Positions 30,019 through 39,875 are shown, counted from the first letter of the stretch. The stretch is DNA of 42,184 bases from Gemmatimonadaceae bacterium (GCA_033763905.1 JANRJP010000146.1:1-42184); one strand, 5' to 3'. Program-made: numbers and translations. The notes: generated from the sequence alone by a model not told the origin.

Positions 30019-30175
30019 TGCGGAGGAGTCGACTGGGGGCGGAACAGGCTAGGACTGGCCGGTACAAAGCCTTTAACGCCTCGTCGGCCCGAAGGTTCCC
30101 GATCGGCGGTGGCTCGGCGTCCTATGGTCCGGGCAGTCCAAAGCTACTCGAAACCGGACCGTTCAGCAGGAGGGC

Positions 30176-31414
30176 TTACTTGCTGCCGGACGGGGGTTTG
30201 GTCCCGCCCGCCGGTGCGCCAGGGACCCGCAACACGCTCCGCGTCGCGAGCCCCCGTTTGCCGTCACTGTCCGTGACCCGACCCTCAAGGACGAGTGGGC
30301 CGAACCGCTGTCCCACCAAACTCAACCGGCCCACCCACGCCGGCACGTTCTGATTGGCGCCAATCATCTCGAAGCGCAGCGGGAAGATGGTGGCGTCCAC
30401 GGTCAGCGACGCCGACACGAAGGGCCGAGGTCCGTTGGCGATCAACACCACATAGATGGTGTCGCGCACTGGCGATGTGGTGTCGGGCAGCGCGAACTGC
30501 AGCCGGATATCCGGCGCCAGCGGCTCCTTCACCGTGATGACGCGACTCGCGCGGCGCCCCTCGGAGAGCGCCTCCAGAATCACGATGCCGGGATTTCGCG
30601 CCGTGACCACGCCGCTCGGCGAGATCGACGCCACGTCCTGCCCGCGCACGACCGACAACTGCCACGAGATCACGCGTTGCGACAAGGGCACGTCGCCGAC
30701 ACCAAAGGTCGACGCCGTAAACGCCACCGACTGCCCCAGCCCCAGCGTGTCATCGGCCGGCGAGATCGCGATGCGTTCGACGCCGCCGACCTGATCAGTC
30801 ACCGTGATGCGAATCGCGGTGGTCGCCTGTTCACAGGTAACGACAATGCGGGTGTTCCCCTGGCTGACGCCCGTCACCACACCGGTGCTCGACACGCGGG
30901 CGACGGCCGGGTTCTCGCTCAGGTAGGTCACGACCCGTCCGCCCAGTGAATCGCCGCTGATGTCGCGCGGCGTCACCTGCAACGCCACCGTGCCTTGCTG
31001 GGCAATCGTGGCGGTGTCCGTCGACGTGCTGAGCCGACGCGCCACGCGCGGCACCACCCGCAGCACGCGGCGCGCTTCGAGCCCATTGAACCGTGCGGTG
31101 ATGTCGGTGGCGCCGGTGTCCACGGCGTAGACGTATCCGGTGCCGTCCACCGACGCGACGCGGTACTCCGATGACTCCCAGACGGGCAATTCGATGGGCC
31201 GTCGGCCGCCGGCGGCGTCGATGCCTTCGGCCGTCGCGTAGATCGCGCGACCCGATTCGAGCACCGAGTCTTCGACGACGATGCGCAGGGCCACGAGCGG
31301 GCGGTCGTCGGGGCCGACGGTGTCGGCGCAGGCAACGCCCGCCACCGCCGTCAATACACGCAACAGCGCCCCCGCCGCTTGCGCGGCGGTCGCGGCGCGA
31401 TGCACTGACGGCAC
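30176..31414 (-). CDS. Ig-like (BIG2-type) repeat lipoprotein
   Basis: Lipobox-like AGVAC-ADTVGP; three repeats of the type W/Y-x-S-x-x-x-x-VA-x-V-x-x-x-G-x-V-x-A/G-x-x-x-G. Start GTG 31414 or 31405; the track's 31891 start runs through the tRNA. Confidence 0.75.
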   Translation of the reverse strand: MPSVHRAATAAQAAGALLRVLTAVAGVACADTVGPDDRPLVALRIVVEDSVLESGRAIYATAEGIDAAGGRRPIELPVWESSEYRVASVDGTGYVYAVDTGATDITARFNGLEARRVLRVVPRVARRLSTSTDTATIAQQGTVALQVTPRDISGDSLGGRVVTYLSENPAVARVSSTGVVTGVSQGNTRIVVTCEQATTAIRITVTDQVGGVERIAISPADDTLGLGQSVAFTASTFGVGDVPLSQRVISWQLSVVRGQDVASISPSGVVTARNPGIVILEALSEGRRASRVITVKEPLAPDIRLQFALPDTTSPVRDTIYVVLIANGPRPFVSASLTVDATIFPLRFEMIGANQNVPAWVGRLSLVGQRFGPLVLEGRVTDSDGKRGLATRSVLRVPGAPAGGTKPPSGSK

Positions 31415-31458
31415 ACGACCGGGCGACAGCTCGACGGATGACCTCACAAAACAATGAA

Positions 31459-31540
31459 TGTCGGTAGTGGGGGTCGAACCCACACTCCTTTCGGAACAGG
31501 ATCCTAAGTCCTGCGCGTCTGCCAGTTCCGCCATACCGAC
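31459..31540 (-). tRNA. tRNA-Leu (anticodon TAG)
   Basis: GTCGGTA acceptor stem, D arm TGGCGGAACTGGCAGACGC, anticodon arm CAGGA-CTTAGGA-TCCTG, long variable arm, T arm GTGGGTTCGACCCCCAC, discriminator A; CCA not encoded; -10 TAGATT at 31551-31556. Confidence 0.97.
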
Positions 31541-31632
31541 GAACCGCCGCAATCTACCGATGTGCGGGCGCACTCTAGCGATTTCCGGACGCCGGGCGTA
31601 AGACATCGCCACCCGATTCCGGAGACCGCCTC

Positions 31633-34600
31633 GTGCCAATCTCGTTCCGTCTGTGTGCGCTGACCAGTCGCCTCGCCCCACTCGCTGGGGTGCTCCTTCC
31701 CCTGGCCGCTCCGCCGGAGGCCTCGGCGCAACGCCGACCCGCCCCCGCGCCTGCCGCGGCCGCGCAACCGGCGGCCGGCCGCAGCCCAGCGACCGTCCTC
31801 GCCAACCTGCCGTACCGCGCCATCGGCCCGGTGAATATGCACGGCCGAGCAGTGGACGTCGAAGCCGTGCCCGGCAACGCCGACGTCGCATACGTGGGCA
31901 CGGCGGCCGGCGGCGTGTGGAAGACCACCAATGGTGGCACCCGCTGGACCGCGCTCTTCGACGACCAGCCGACGCAGAGTATTGGCGATCTCGCGCTGGA
32001 GCCGGGAAACCCCAACGTCATCTACGCCGGTACCGGCGAAGCCAACGTCCGCAACTCCGTCTCGTTTGGCCGCGGGGTGTACAAGAGCACGGACGGCGGC
32101 GCCTCGTGGAAGTTCGTGGGCTTGGGCGACACGCGGCACATCGCACGCGTGGTGGTGAGTCCGCGTGAACCCAATACCGTCTTCGTCTGCGCGGTCGGCC
32201 ATATGTCCGGGCCCAACGCCGAGCGTGGCGTGTTCCGCAGCACCGACGGCGGGGCGAACTGGACCAAGGTGCTGTACCTGGACGACCGCCACGGGTGCAG
32301 CGATCTCGATGTCGATCCGTCGAACCCGAATCAGATCTACGCTGCCCTCTGGTACTTCGACCGCAAGCAGTGGAAGCACACCAGCGGCGACACGCTGGGC
32401 GGCATCTGGCGCAGCGTCGACGGTGGCACCACCTGGACCAAGACCACGGCCGGCCTGCCCAAGTTGGTCGGTCGCATCGGTATCAAGGTCGCGGCCTCGC
32501 AGCCGAACACGGTCTACGCGGCGGTCGAGTCGAACGACGCCATTCTGTACCGCTCCGACGACCACGGTCGCACGTGGACGGGCGTGAACCGCGAGAAGAA
32601 CCTGATGTGCCGCGGCTTCTACTACGCGGATTTGCGCGTCGACCCCACGAACCCCGACAAAGTCTGGATGATCGGCTGTCAGTTGAGCTGGTCGATCGAC
32701 GGTGGCCGCACCTTCCGTCGTGTGCCGGGCAACGTGCACGGCGACCATCACGGCGTGTGGCAGGACCCGGTTGACCCGCGGCACGTCTGGCAGGTCAACG
32801 ACGGCGGCGTGTACGTGTCGCGTGACGGCGGCTGGTCGTGGGAGCCCACGAACGGCTTCCCCTTGGCGCAGCTGTACCAGCTGCACGCCGACAACCGCGA
32901 GCCGTTCTATCACATCACGATGGGCCTGCAGGACAACGGCAACTGGACGGGCCCGAGCCGCTCGCGCGAAACCGCCGGCATTCTGGAGCACGACTGGCGG
33001 GTCGTGTCGTATGGCGACGGCTACTACAGCGTCACGCATCCCGACGACCCGGACGTGTTCCTGACCGACCAGCAGGGTGGATGGATCTACCGCACGAATA
33101 TGCGGACGCTGGACCAGCAGGATGTGTCGCCGCAGCCGCGTCGCGCCGACGGCGCGCCGGTGAACGAACTCAAGTACCGATTCAACTGGAACGCGCCGAT
33201 CTATCAGTCGCCGCACGACGGCAAGGTCGTCTACTTCGGCGCGCAGGTGCTGTTCCGCTCGAAGGACTTCGGCACGACGTGGCAGGTGATCTCGCCCGAT
33301 CTGTCGAAGGACGACAAGTCGCGGCAGGGCGAAGCCGGCGGCGCGGTGTGGACCGAGAACACCACGGCCGAGTACTACGCGAACATCTATGAAATTGCCG
33401 AGTCGCCGGTGCAGCGCGGGGTGCTCTGGGTCGGGACGGACGACGGCAATCTGCAGATCAGCCAGGACGACGGCGCGACGTGGACGAACGTCGCGGCGAA
33501 TCTGCCGGGCTTGGGCCCCGACGCCGTGATCTCGGCGCTCGAGCCGTCACGGACCGCGAAGTGCACCGCGTACGCCGGCGCCGAGCGGCATTTGAGTGAT
33601 GATTATCAGCCGTACGTGTTCAAGACGACGGACTGCGGCCGCACGTGGACGAGCCTGTCGGCCGGCTTGCCGTCGACCGCGTACGTGCAGGTGATTCGCG
33701 AAGACCGCAAGAATCCGAATCTGTTGTACCTCGGTACCGAGACCGGGCTGTTCGTGTCGTGGGACGCGGGGCGCACCTGGGTCAGTGCGACCGGCAAGAC
33801 GCTGCCGGCGGCGCCGGTGCACGAAGTGCTCGTGCATCCGCGCGAGAACGATCTCTTGATCGCGACGCACGGGCGCGGCGTGTTCATTCTGGACGACGCC
33901 ACCCCGCTGCAGGAACTGACGCCCGAGGTGCTGGCGAAGCCGGCGCATTTGTTTGGGATGCGCACGGCGACGCGTGTCACCACCAAGGCCACCAAGGGCA
34001 ACCTCGGCGACAAGCTGTATCGTGCGCCGAACCCGCCGATGGGGGCGTTGGTGCACTACTGGCTCGGAAGCGCGCCGGACAGTGCGACCGCGGTGCGGGT
34101 CGAGGTGCTCGACGGCAGCGGCGCGGTGATTCGCCGCTTCCCGCGGGTGCCGCGCTCGGCGGGGCTCAACCGCGTGGCGTGGGGGCTCGAAGAGCAGGGG
34201 CCGCGGCCGCGCAGCGGCGCGCCGATCGCCGGCGAAGAGTTCTTCGGGCCGGTGACCGGGCCCAAGGTGCTGCCCGGCACGTACACGGTGCGGCTGATCG
34301 TGGGCCGCGACACGATGCAGAAGCCGGTGGTCGTGCGCCTGGATCCGACGAGTCAGGCCAGTGAGGCGGCGTTGCGCGCGCAGCTGGCGGAAGGGCGCAA
34401 GCTGCGTGACCTGGTGAGTGCCGCCAACGACACGCTACGCGCGCTCGACGGATTCAAGGCGCAGCTCGAAGCCCGCAAGCGCACGGCGGACGCGATGCCG
34501 AATGGCGAAGGGCGCGAGCAGTCGGTGGCGATCGGCGCGTTGCTCGCCGAAGTGAATCGCGTGATCGCGTCGCTGATCAAGCCGACGGACATTCCGTTCT

Positions 34601-34770
34601 ACAGTGAGGGCCCGCGGATTACCGATCGATTGAACGCGTTGCTGCGGCAGTTGGGCACGACGTTCGAAGGCCCGACGGGACCACAGTCGGCCTTGGCACG
34701 CGAGCTCGAAGTGGAGCTGCGGGCGGCCTTGCAGCGCGCGGGCCAGGTCCTGGGGCGACCCGCGATGTAG
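31633..34770 (+). CDS. Secreted VPS10/sortilin-like BNR (Asp-box) beta-propeller protein
   Basis: Signal peptide, YRAIGP-x-x-x-x-GR start motif, 11 S/T-x-D/N-x-G-x-x-W/F Asp boxes, ATHGRG, C-terminal Ig-like domain and helical tail. Confidence 0.85.
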   Translation: MPISFRLCALTSRLAPLAGVLLPLAAPPEASAQRRPAPAPAAAAQPAAGRSPATVLANLPYRAIGPVNMHGRAVDVEAVPGNADVAYVGTAAGGVWKTTNGGTRWTALFDDQPTQSIGDLALEPGNPNVIYAGTGEANVRNSVSFGRGVYKSTDGGASWKFVGLGDTRHIARVVVSPREPNTVFVCAVGHMSGPNAERGVFRSTDGGANWTKVLYLDDRHGCSDLDVDPSNPNQIYAALWYFDRKQWKHTSGDTLGGIWRSVDGGTTWTKTTAGLPKLVGRIGIKVAASQPNTVYAAVESNDAILYRSDDHGRTWTGVNREKNLMCRGFYYADLRVDPTNPDKVWMIGCQLSWSIDGGRTFRRVPGNVHGDHHGVWQDPVDPRHVWQVNDGGVYVSRDGGWSWEPTNGFPLAQLYQLHADNREPFYHITMGLQDNGNWTGPSRSRETAGILEHDWRVVSYGDGYYSVTHPDDPDVFLTDQQGGWIYRTNMRTLDQQDVSPQPRRADGAPVNELKYRFNWNAPIYQSPHDGKVVYFGAQVLFRSKDFGTTWQVISPDLSKDDKSRQGEAGGAVWTENTTAEYYANIYEIAESPVQRGVLWVGTDDGNLQISQDDGATWTNVAANLPGLGPDAVISALEPSRTAKCTAYAGAERHLSDDYQPYVFKTTDCGRTWTSLSAGLPSTAYVQVIREDRKNPNLLYLGTETGLFVSWDAGRTWVSATGKTLPAAPVHEVLVHPRENDLLIATHGRGVFILDDATPLQELTPEVLAKPAHLFGMRTATRVTTKATKGNLGDKLYRAPNPPMGALVHYWLGSAPDSATAVRVEVLDGSGAVIRRFPRVPRSAGLNRVAWGLEEQGPRPRSGAPIAGEEFFGPVTGPKVLPGTYTVRLIVGRDTMQKPVVVRLDPTSQASEAALRAQLAEGRKLRDLVSAANDTLRALDGFKAQLEARKRTADAMPNGEGREQSVAIGALLAEVNRVIASLIKPTDIPFYSEGPRITDRLNALLRQLGTTFEGPTGPQSALARELEVELRAALQRAGQVLGRPAM

Positions 34771-34806
34771 GGGGTCTTCCCCGTCCGTTCGGACGCCGTC
34801 CGACAC

Positions 34807-34836
34807 CAAAGCCCCACCCGATCGGGTGGGGCTTTG
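34807..34836. terminator. Perfect 30-bp palindrome, probable bidirectional terminator
   Basis: CAAAGCCCCACCCGATCGGGTGGGGCTTTG, 36 bp after the VPS10-like stop codon. Confidence 0.75.
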
Positions 34837-34946
34837 TCGCAAACTCTTGACGCGATTGCACTTGACCTGCAACGTGGGCGGACGTGACCTGCCGCACATT
34901 CGTGCGGGGGACTCGTCGCGGAAGTTCTGACCCAACTGGAGGGGAG

Positions 34947-37900
34947 ATGCGCTTTTTTGTCCGACGGAGCACACTGGTGGGGGCGCTCGCGGCACTGGCC
35001 GCGCTGGCCGCGCCACCGAATTCCGTGGCCGCGCAGGGTGGCGCCACCGGAACGATCGAAGGGCGGGTGTTTGACGCCGGGACGCAGAAGCCGCTGGCTG
35101 GCGCGCAGATCGCGCTGGTGGCGAGCCCGTACAGCGCGGTGTCCAATGATCAGGGCGAGTACCGCATCTCCGGCGTGCCGGCGCGTCAGTGGCAGCTGCG
35201 CCTGCGCCTGATCGGCTACACGCCGAAGACGATCCTGGTCACGGTCACGGCAGGCGGCACGCTCAAGCAGGACTTCCCGCTCAACCCGTCGGCGCTCTCG
35301 CTCGATCGCGTCGTCGTCACGGGCACGGGTCAGCAGGTCGAAGTGAAGAAGCTGGGCAACACGGTCGCCACGCTCAAGCCACCCGAGAACGCGCTCGTCA
35401 CGAGCATCTCGGACGTGCTCACGGGCCGTGAGCCTGGCGTCAACGCGATGTCGGCGGGTGGTCTGACCGGCGAAGGCGCGCGTATCCGCATTCGCGGCAA
35501 CGCGTCGCTGTCGCAGTCGAACGAGCCGATCGTCTTCCTCGACGGTGTCCGCATCAACTCGGACGGCGGTATGCTCGTCGGCACCGGCGGTGGTGGTTCG
35601 CCGTCGCGCCTCGACGACATCGACCCCTCGTCGATCGATCGCATCGAAGTGCTGAAGGGTGCCGCCGCAGCGACGCTCTACGGCTCGGAAGCGTCGAACG
35701 GCGTCATTCAGATCTTCACGAAGAAGGGCACGCAGGGCGCGCCGCGCTGGAACTTCACGTTGCAGCAGGACGCGATCTACTGGAGCGAAGGCCAGTTCTT
35801 CCCGAACGCCGGTTTCGCCCGCACGTCCGCGGAAGCCACCCGCCTCTCGCAGCACTGGGGCCAGACGCTGGCGCCGTTCCAGGTCTTCGAGAACGACGTC
35901 TTCGCGAACAACTTCCGTGAACTCGGCCGCGCCACGACGGCGTCGGCGCAGGTCAGCGGCGGCGCCGGCAACATCCAGTACTTCGGCTCGCTGCGCTACC
36001 AGGACGAGAACGGTCCGTTCGGCGGCACCGATCTCGCCTCGGGCAACATCCCGGTGGCGCAGGACCGTGCCCGCCGCGTGCAGGCCGGCATCAACGTCAC
36101 GTGGATTCCGCTCACGTCGCTCCGTGTGACGGCGCGCAATTCGTTCTACAACGTCCTGAACGCCGCGCCCGAGAACGCCAACAACATCTACGGCGTGAAC
36201 TCGCTGGCGTATATGTCGCGTCCGGAGTTTGCCAACTGCGCGTCGTCGGCCTTGGCGCAGGGTGGCGACAAGCCGCGCTGCACCGGCGCCGGCAACCCGT
36301 TCGGCAACCAGGCGTTTATGACGGCGCGTGAAGCGCTGGGCCAGACGAACAACCAGCAGACCAACCGCTACAACGGCTCGTTCGACGCGGTCTGGACGCC
36401 GACGACCGAACTGACGGCCAACGCCACGTTCGGCTACGACGTCACGAACCAGCTCGCCGTCGGCTTCTCGCCGTTCGGCTACAACGTCGACCGCTTCACC
36501 GGCCAGTTCCCGGCCGGCACCCGTAACGTCGTCGGCGCCCGCACCCGCGTGCTCACCTTCGACGCCAAGGCGGCGTGGAATCGCAACTTCACGTCGGCGA
36601 TCTCCTCGGCGTTCACCGCCGGTATGCAGATCTTCAACACCGAAGGCGTGGTGACCTCGAACTCCGCGACCGACTTCCCGGGCCCCGGGATCGAAGTCGT
36701 CGGTGGCGGTGGTCTCAACCGCGACATTGGTGAAAGCCGCCTGATTCAGGTGACCGGCGGCTACTACGCGCAGGAACAGATCGGCCTCAACGACTGGATC
36801 TACACCACGGTCGGCGGCCGCTACGACTTCTCGTCGGCCTTCGGTCAGAACGCGGGCGGCATCTTCATGCCGAAGATCTCGCTCTCGATCGTGCCGTCGG
36901 ATCGCCGCAGCTGGCGCAGCACGACGCTCTCGACGTTCCGCCTCCGTGCGGCGATCGGGCAGGCCGGCCGTCAGCCGGGCGCGTTCGACCGCTTCACGAC
37001 CTTCAGCCCGTTGGCGTCGGAATTGGGCGCGGGCCTCGTCCCGGGCCAGCTCGGTAACAACGACCTGAAGCCCGAGATCTCGACCGAACAGGAAGCCGGA
37101 TTCGAAGCCGGTCTCTTCAACAACCGGATGGGGCTCGACTTCTCGTGGTGGCGTCGTGAGACGCGCGACGCGCTCGTGGCGCAGCAGTTCGCGTTCTCGG
37201 GCGGCTTCCGCGGCCTGCAGCTCGCCAACATCGGCCAGCTCACCGCGGCCGGTCTCGAAATGGGTCTCAAGGGCACGCCGATTCAGCGGCCGGGGATGGA
37301 GCTGAATCTGTTCGCCAACGCCGCGTACCTGCGGCAGAAGATCTCGTCGTTGGGTGGCGCCCCGCCGATCAAGGTCGGCTACGTCCGCTACCGTGGCTTC
37401 CTCAAGAACGCCGAGCCGCTCGGTCAGCTCTACTCCTTCAAGACGGCGCCGGTCTGCGCCAGTGGCTCGGCCACGAACGCTCGCGGCAACCCGATGACCT
37501 GCTACAACCCGACGGCGGCGGATCCGCAGTACCCGGTGAACCTGAACGGCCTGCGCAACGCCAACGGCACGCTGGTGCCGGCGACGCGTAGCCAACTGCT
37601 CGCGTTCCTGGCGAACCCGGTCGACCTCCGCGTCGGTGCCACGCGCTCGGCGCTCGCGCCGCTCGTCGCCGACTTCGAAGGCAATGGCATTCTGTCCGAG
37701 CAGCCGATCGGCGACATCTTCCCCGATTGGACCGGCACCGTCGGTGGCTCGCTCAGCATCGGCAAGCAGTGGCGCGTGAACACGAACTTCGAGTTCAAGA
37801 CCGGCTTCCTCGTGCAGAACCTGACCGACGGTTTCCGGCTTTCGTTCCACCCGTCGATCGGTTCGAACCGTGCGGAGTTCGCGCGGATCGAGTCCACGCT

Positions 37901-38303
37901 GCTCAACCCGGCCTCGACGCCGGACCAGCGCCTCGACGCGGCCCTCAAGTTCGTCACGAACCATCAGCGCCTGACGCCCTACGACGGCTACAACATGCTC
38001 GAGAAGGGTGACTTCATGCGCTGGCGCGAGCTCAGCGTGACCTGGACGGCGCCGGAGCGCCTGGCCAAGCGCGTGCAGGCCCGTTCGCTCGCGGTGACCT
38101 TCGCGGGTCGCAACCTGCTCCTGTTCTCGAAGTACCCCGGCCTCGATCCCGAAATCAACGCGATCGGGCGCGGTGCCTCGGCGAACCCGACGCAGGTCAG
38201 CTCGCTGACGGCGTCGATCGACCAGAACTTCCTCGACAGCATTGACGCCTTCGGCCTCCCGGTCGCTCGTCGCTTCGCGATCACCGTGAACTGGGGGCTC
38301 TGA
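34947..38303 (+). CDS. SusC/RagA-family TonB-dependent outer-membrane transporter
   Basis: GGAGGGGAG RBS before ATG 34947; signal peptide; carboxypeptidase-regulatory-like domain; VVVTG; IRIRGNASL, EPIVFLDG, IDRIEVLKGAAAATLYGSEASNGVIQIFTKKG; LKPE; GLDPEI. Confidence 0.92.
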   Translation: MRFFVRRSTLVGALAALAALAAPPNSVAAQGGATGTIEGRVFDAGTQKPLAGAQIALVASPYSAVSNDQGEYRISGVPARQWQLRLRLIGYTPKTILVTVTAGGTLKQDFPLNPSALSLDRVVVTGTGQQVEVKKLGNTVATLKPPENALVTSISDVLTGREPGVNAMSAGGLTGEGARIRIRGNASLSQSNEPIVFLDGVRINSDGGMLVGTGGGGSPSRLDDIDPSSIDRIEVLKGAAAATLYGSEASNGVIQIFTKKGTQGAPRWNFTLQQDAIYWSEGQFFPNAGFARTSAEATRLSQHWGQTLAPFQVFENDVFANNFRELGRATTASAQVSGGAGNIQYFGSLRYQDENGPFGGTDLASGNIPVAQDRARRVQAGINVTWIPLTSLRVTARNSFYNVLNAAPENANNIYGVNSLAYMSRPEFANCASSALAQGGDKPRCTGAGNPFGNQAFMTAREALGQTNNQQTNRYNGSFDAVWTPTTELTANATFGYDVTNQLAVGFSPFGYNVDRFTGQFPAGTRNVVGARTRVLTFDAKAAWNRNFTSAISSAFTAGMQIFNTEGVVTSNSATDFPGPGIEVVGGGGLNRDIGESRLIQVTGGYYAQEQIGLNDWIYTTVGGRYDFSSAFGQNAGGIFMPKISLSIVPSDRRSWRSTTLSTFRLRAAIGQAGRQPGAFDRFTTFSPLASELGAGLVPGQLGNNDLKPEISTEQEAGFEAGLFNNRMGLDFSWWRRETRDALVAQQFAFSGGFRGLQLANIGQLTAAGLEMGLKGTPIQRPGMELNLFANAAYLRQKISSLGGAPPIKVGYVRYRGFLKNAEPLGQLYSFKTAPVCASGSATNARGNPMTCYNPTAADPQYPVNLNGLRNANGTLVPATRSQLLAFLANPVDLRVGATRSALAPLVADFEGNGILSEQPIGDIFPDWTGTVGGSLSIGKQWRVNTNFEFKTGFLVQNLTDGFRLSFHPSIGSNRAEFARIESTLLNPASTPDQRLDAALKFVTNHQRLTPYDGYNMLEKGDFMRWRELSVTWTAPERLAKRVQARSLAVTFAGRNLLLFSKYPGLDPEINAIGRGASANPTQVSSLTASIDQNFLDSIDAFGLPVARRFAITVNWGL

Positions 38304-38307
38304 ACCA

Positions 38308-39771
38308 ATGACCAATACCACTATGTCGATCGACTCGATGCGTGGGGCGCCGTCGCGCGCCCTGCGCTTCGCAGGCATCGCGGCGTTGTCGGCTGCGCTC
38401 AGCGCCTGCAACCTCTTCGAGACCGACGTCAAGAACCCCAACGCCGTGACCGAGAGTGCGCTTGACGGTCCGGCGATTGCGGCCAACCTGGCGAACGGGC
38501 TCGGCGCGTCGGTGACGCGCGCTCAGTCCGCGATCCTCGGGCCCAACGCGGTGGCGTCGGACGAGTTGACCTGGGTCGGTTCGCGTGAAGCCTACCGCCA
38601 GCTCGACGAAGGGGCCGTCACGGACCCGCGCAACGAGTACACGAACGAGAACGGCTTCCCGTTCGTCGCCGAGGCCCGCTGGTACGCGGACTTCGTCACC
38701 GAGAACCGGTTCCCGATTCTGCTCGCCTCGGCCGACTCCAATGCGGTCAAGGCGGACGCGGCGCGGTCGCTGCTCTACTCGGCGATCATTCACACGCAGA
38801 TCGGCGAGATGTACGACGACTTCGTGCTGACGCAGCAGCGCGCGGTGCAGGCGCCGAGCTTGGGCGTCGCCCGCTTCGACACGGTCTTCCAGATTGCGAT
38901 CAACCGCGCGACCCGCGGCCTCGCGATTGCGCAGAGCGTGGCGAACACGGCGCTGCAGCGTGACCTCCTGGCGATCCGCGCTCGCGCGCGGCACTCGCAG
39001 GCGATCAAGGCGTCGCTTCGCGCGGCGCGCGCGGCGGCGGCGGCCGGCACGACGGCCCCGGCTCCGGCCGCGCCGCTCGTCAACAACGCCGCCGCCACGG
39101 CCGACGCCAATGCGGCGCTGGCGCTGATGACGGCGGGCTATCGCCTCCGCTTCACGCCGACGGTGGCGACGCTCCCGGGCATCAACGTGGGCTTCGAGAT
39201 GAACTCGCGTCTCGAGACCCGCGCCGGCGCGGCCTACATCAATCCCAACGCGGCGGGCACGCGGCCGCTCGATGGCATCGCGGGCATCCGGTTGAACGAT
39301 CCGGCCAACGCGACGCCGACGCCCGACGCCGCGTTGGCTCGGGCGATCGACGAATGCTGCCGTCAGGCCGTCGGGCAGACGATGCCGATGGTCATCCTGT
39401 CGGAAGTCGATATGCAGCTGATCGTGGCCGAAGCGGCGCTGGCGGCGGGCAACACCGCCGGCTTCGAAACGGCCATCAACAACGTGCGCGCGCGCAGCGC
39501 CAAGCCGGCGATCACGGTGGCCGGTCTGGCGGCGTTGCCCACGCCGATCACGGCGCAGGACCTGCTGATCCACGAGCGTCGCGTGAACCTGTTCCTGCAG
39601 TCGCGCCGCCTGATGGATCACTACCGCTTCAACCAGCCGGCCGATCGCTGGGTCAACCAGAACATCGCGATCCGGCGTCACTGCTTCTTCCCGATCGCGT
39701 TCGGCGAGAAGCTCTCCAATCCGAACGCGCTGCCGCAGCCGGCAGAGGCCACCACGGCCGAGTGCCGCTGA
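38308..39771 (+). CDS. SusD/RagB-family outer-membrane lipoprotein
   Basis: Lipobox LSAC; EVDMQLIVAEAAL, INNVRAR, ERRVNLFLQSRRLMDHYRF (ERxxEL-like), FPI; 4 bp after susC. Exact start uncertain (38308, 38323 or 38338). Confidence 0.87.
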   Translation: MTNTTMSIDSMRGAPSRALRFAGIAALSAALSACNLFETDVKNPNAVTESALDGPAIAANLANGLGASVTRAQSAILGPNAVASDELTWVGSREAYRQLDEGAVTDPRNEYTNENGFPFVAEARWYADFVTENRFPILLASADSNAVKADAARSLLYSAIIHTQIGEMYDDFVLTQQRAVQAPSLGVARFDTVFQIAINRATRGLAIAQSVANTALQRDLLAIRARARHSQAIKASLRAARAAAAAGTTAPAPAAPLVNNAAATADANAALALMTAGYRLRFTPTVATLPGINVGFEMNSRLETRAGAAYINPNAAGTRPLDGIAGIRLNDPANATPTPDAALARAIDECCRQAVGQTMPMVILSEVDMQLIVAEAALAAGNTAGFETAINNVRARSAKPAITVAGLAALPTPITAQDLLIHERRVNLFLQSRRLMDHYRFNQPADRWVNQNIAIRRHCFFPIAFGEKLSNPNALPQPAEATTAECR

Positions 39772-39791
39772 GCCGCAGGATCTCGTAACAC

Positions 39792-39827
39792 CGAACGGGG
39801 TGGATTCTTCGGAATCCACCCCGTTCG
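39792..39827. terminator. 16-bp stem with C(UUCG)G tetraloop after susD
   Basis: CGAACGGGGTGGATTC-TTCG-GAATCCACCCCGTTCG; the UUCG loop fits a + strand RNA. Confidence 0.75.
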
Positions 39828-39875
39828 TCATTCTGCCCCTTCGCCCACCGCGCTCGCGGAGACAACTTGCACCGT

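Noticed and set aside
8499..30026. Anti-SD-like CCTCC just upstream of the glmS (8499), TonB receptor (19840) and crtB (30022) starts
   Set aside because: Only three of about 30 genes, with variable spacing; plausibly a by-product of C-rich, G-poor leaders in a high-GC genome.
31415..31480. Integrative element or att site at tRNA-Leu
   Set aside because: No integrase or transposase, and no duplicated tRNA 3' end found in the window.
30176..31891. N-terminal extensions in the ORF track (30176..31891, 6300..8483, 5262..7124, 10490..11428, 14696..17110, 34884..38303)
   Set aside because: They overlap the tRNA, neighbouring genes or promoter regions; domain starts, signal peptides and RBS or -10 positions support the shorter starts used here.
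34599..38486. Very long antisense ORFs (1295 aa here; also 7727-10600, 14645-17248, 11802-14093, 27619-30006, 25655-27811)
   Set aside because: They are shadows of real genes. GC-rich codon bias removes stops on the opposite strand, and the translations are Arg/Gly/Val-rich with no family motifs.
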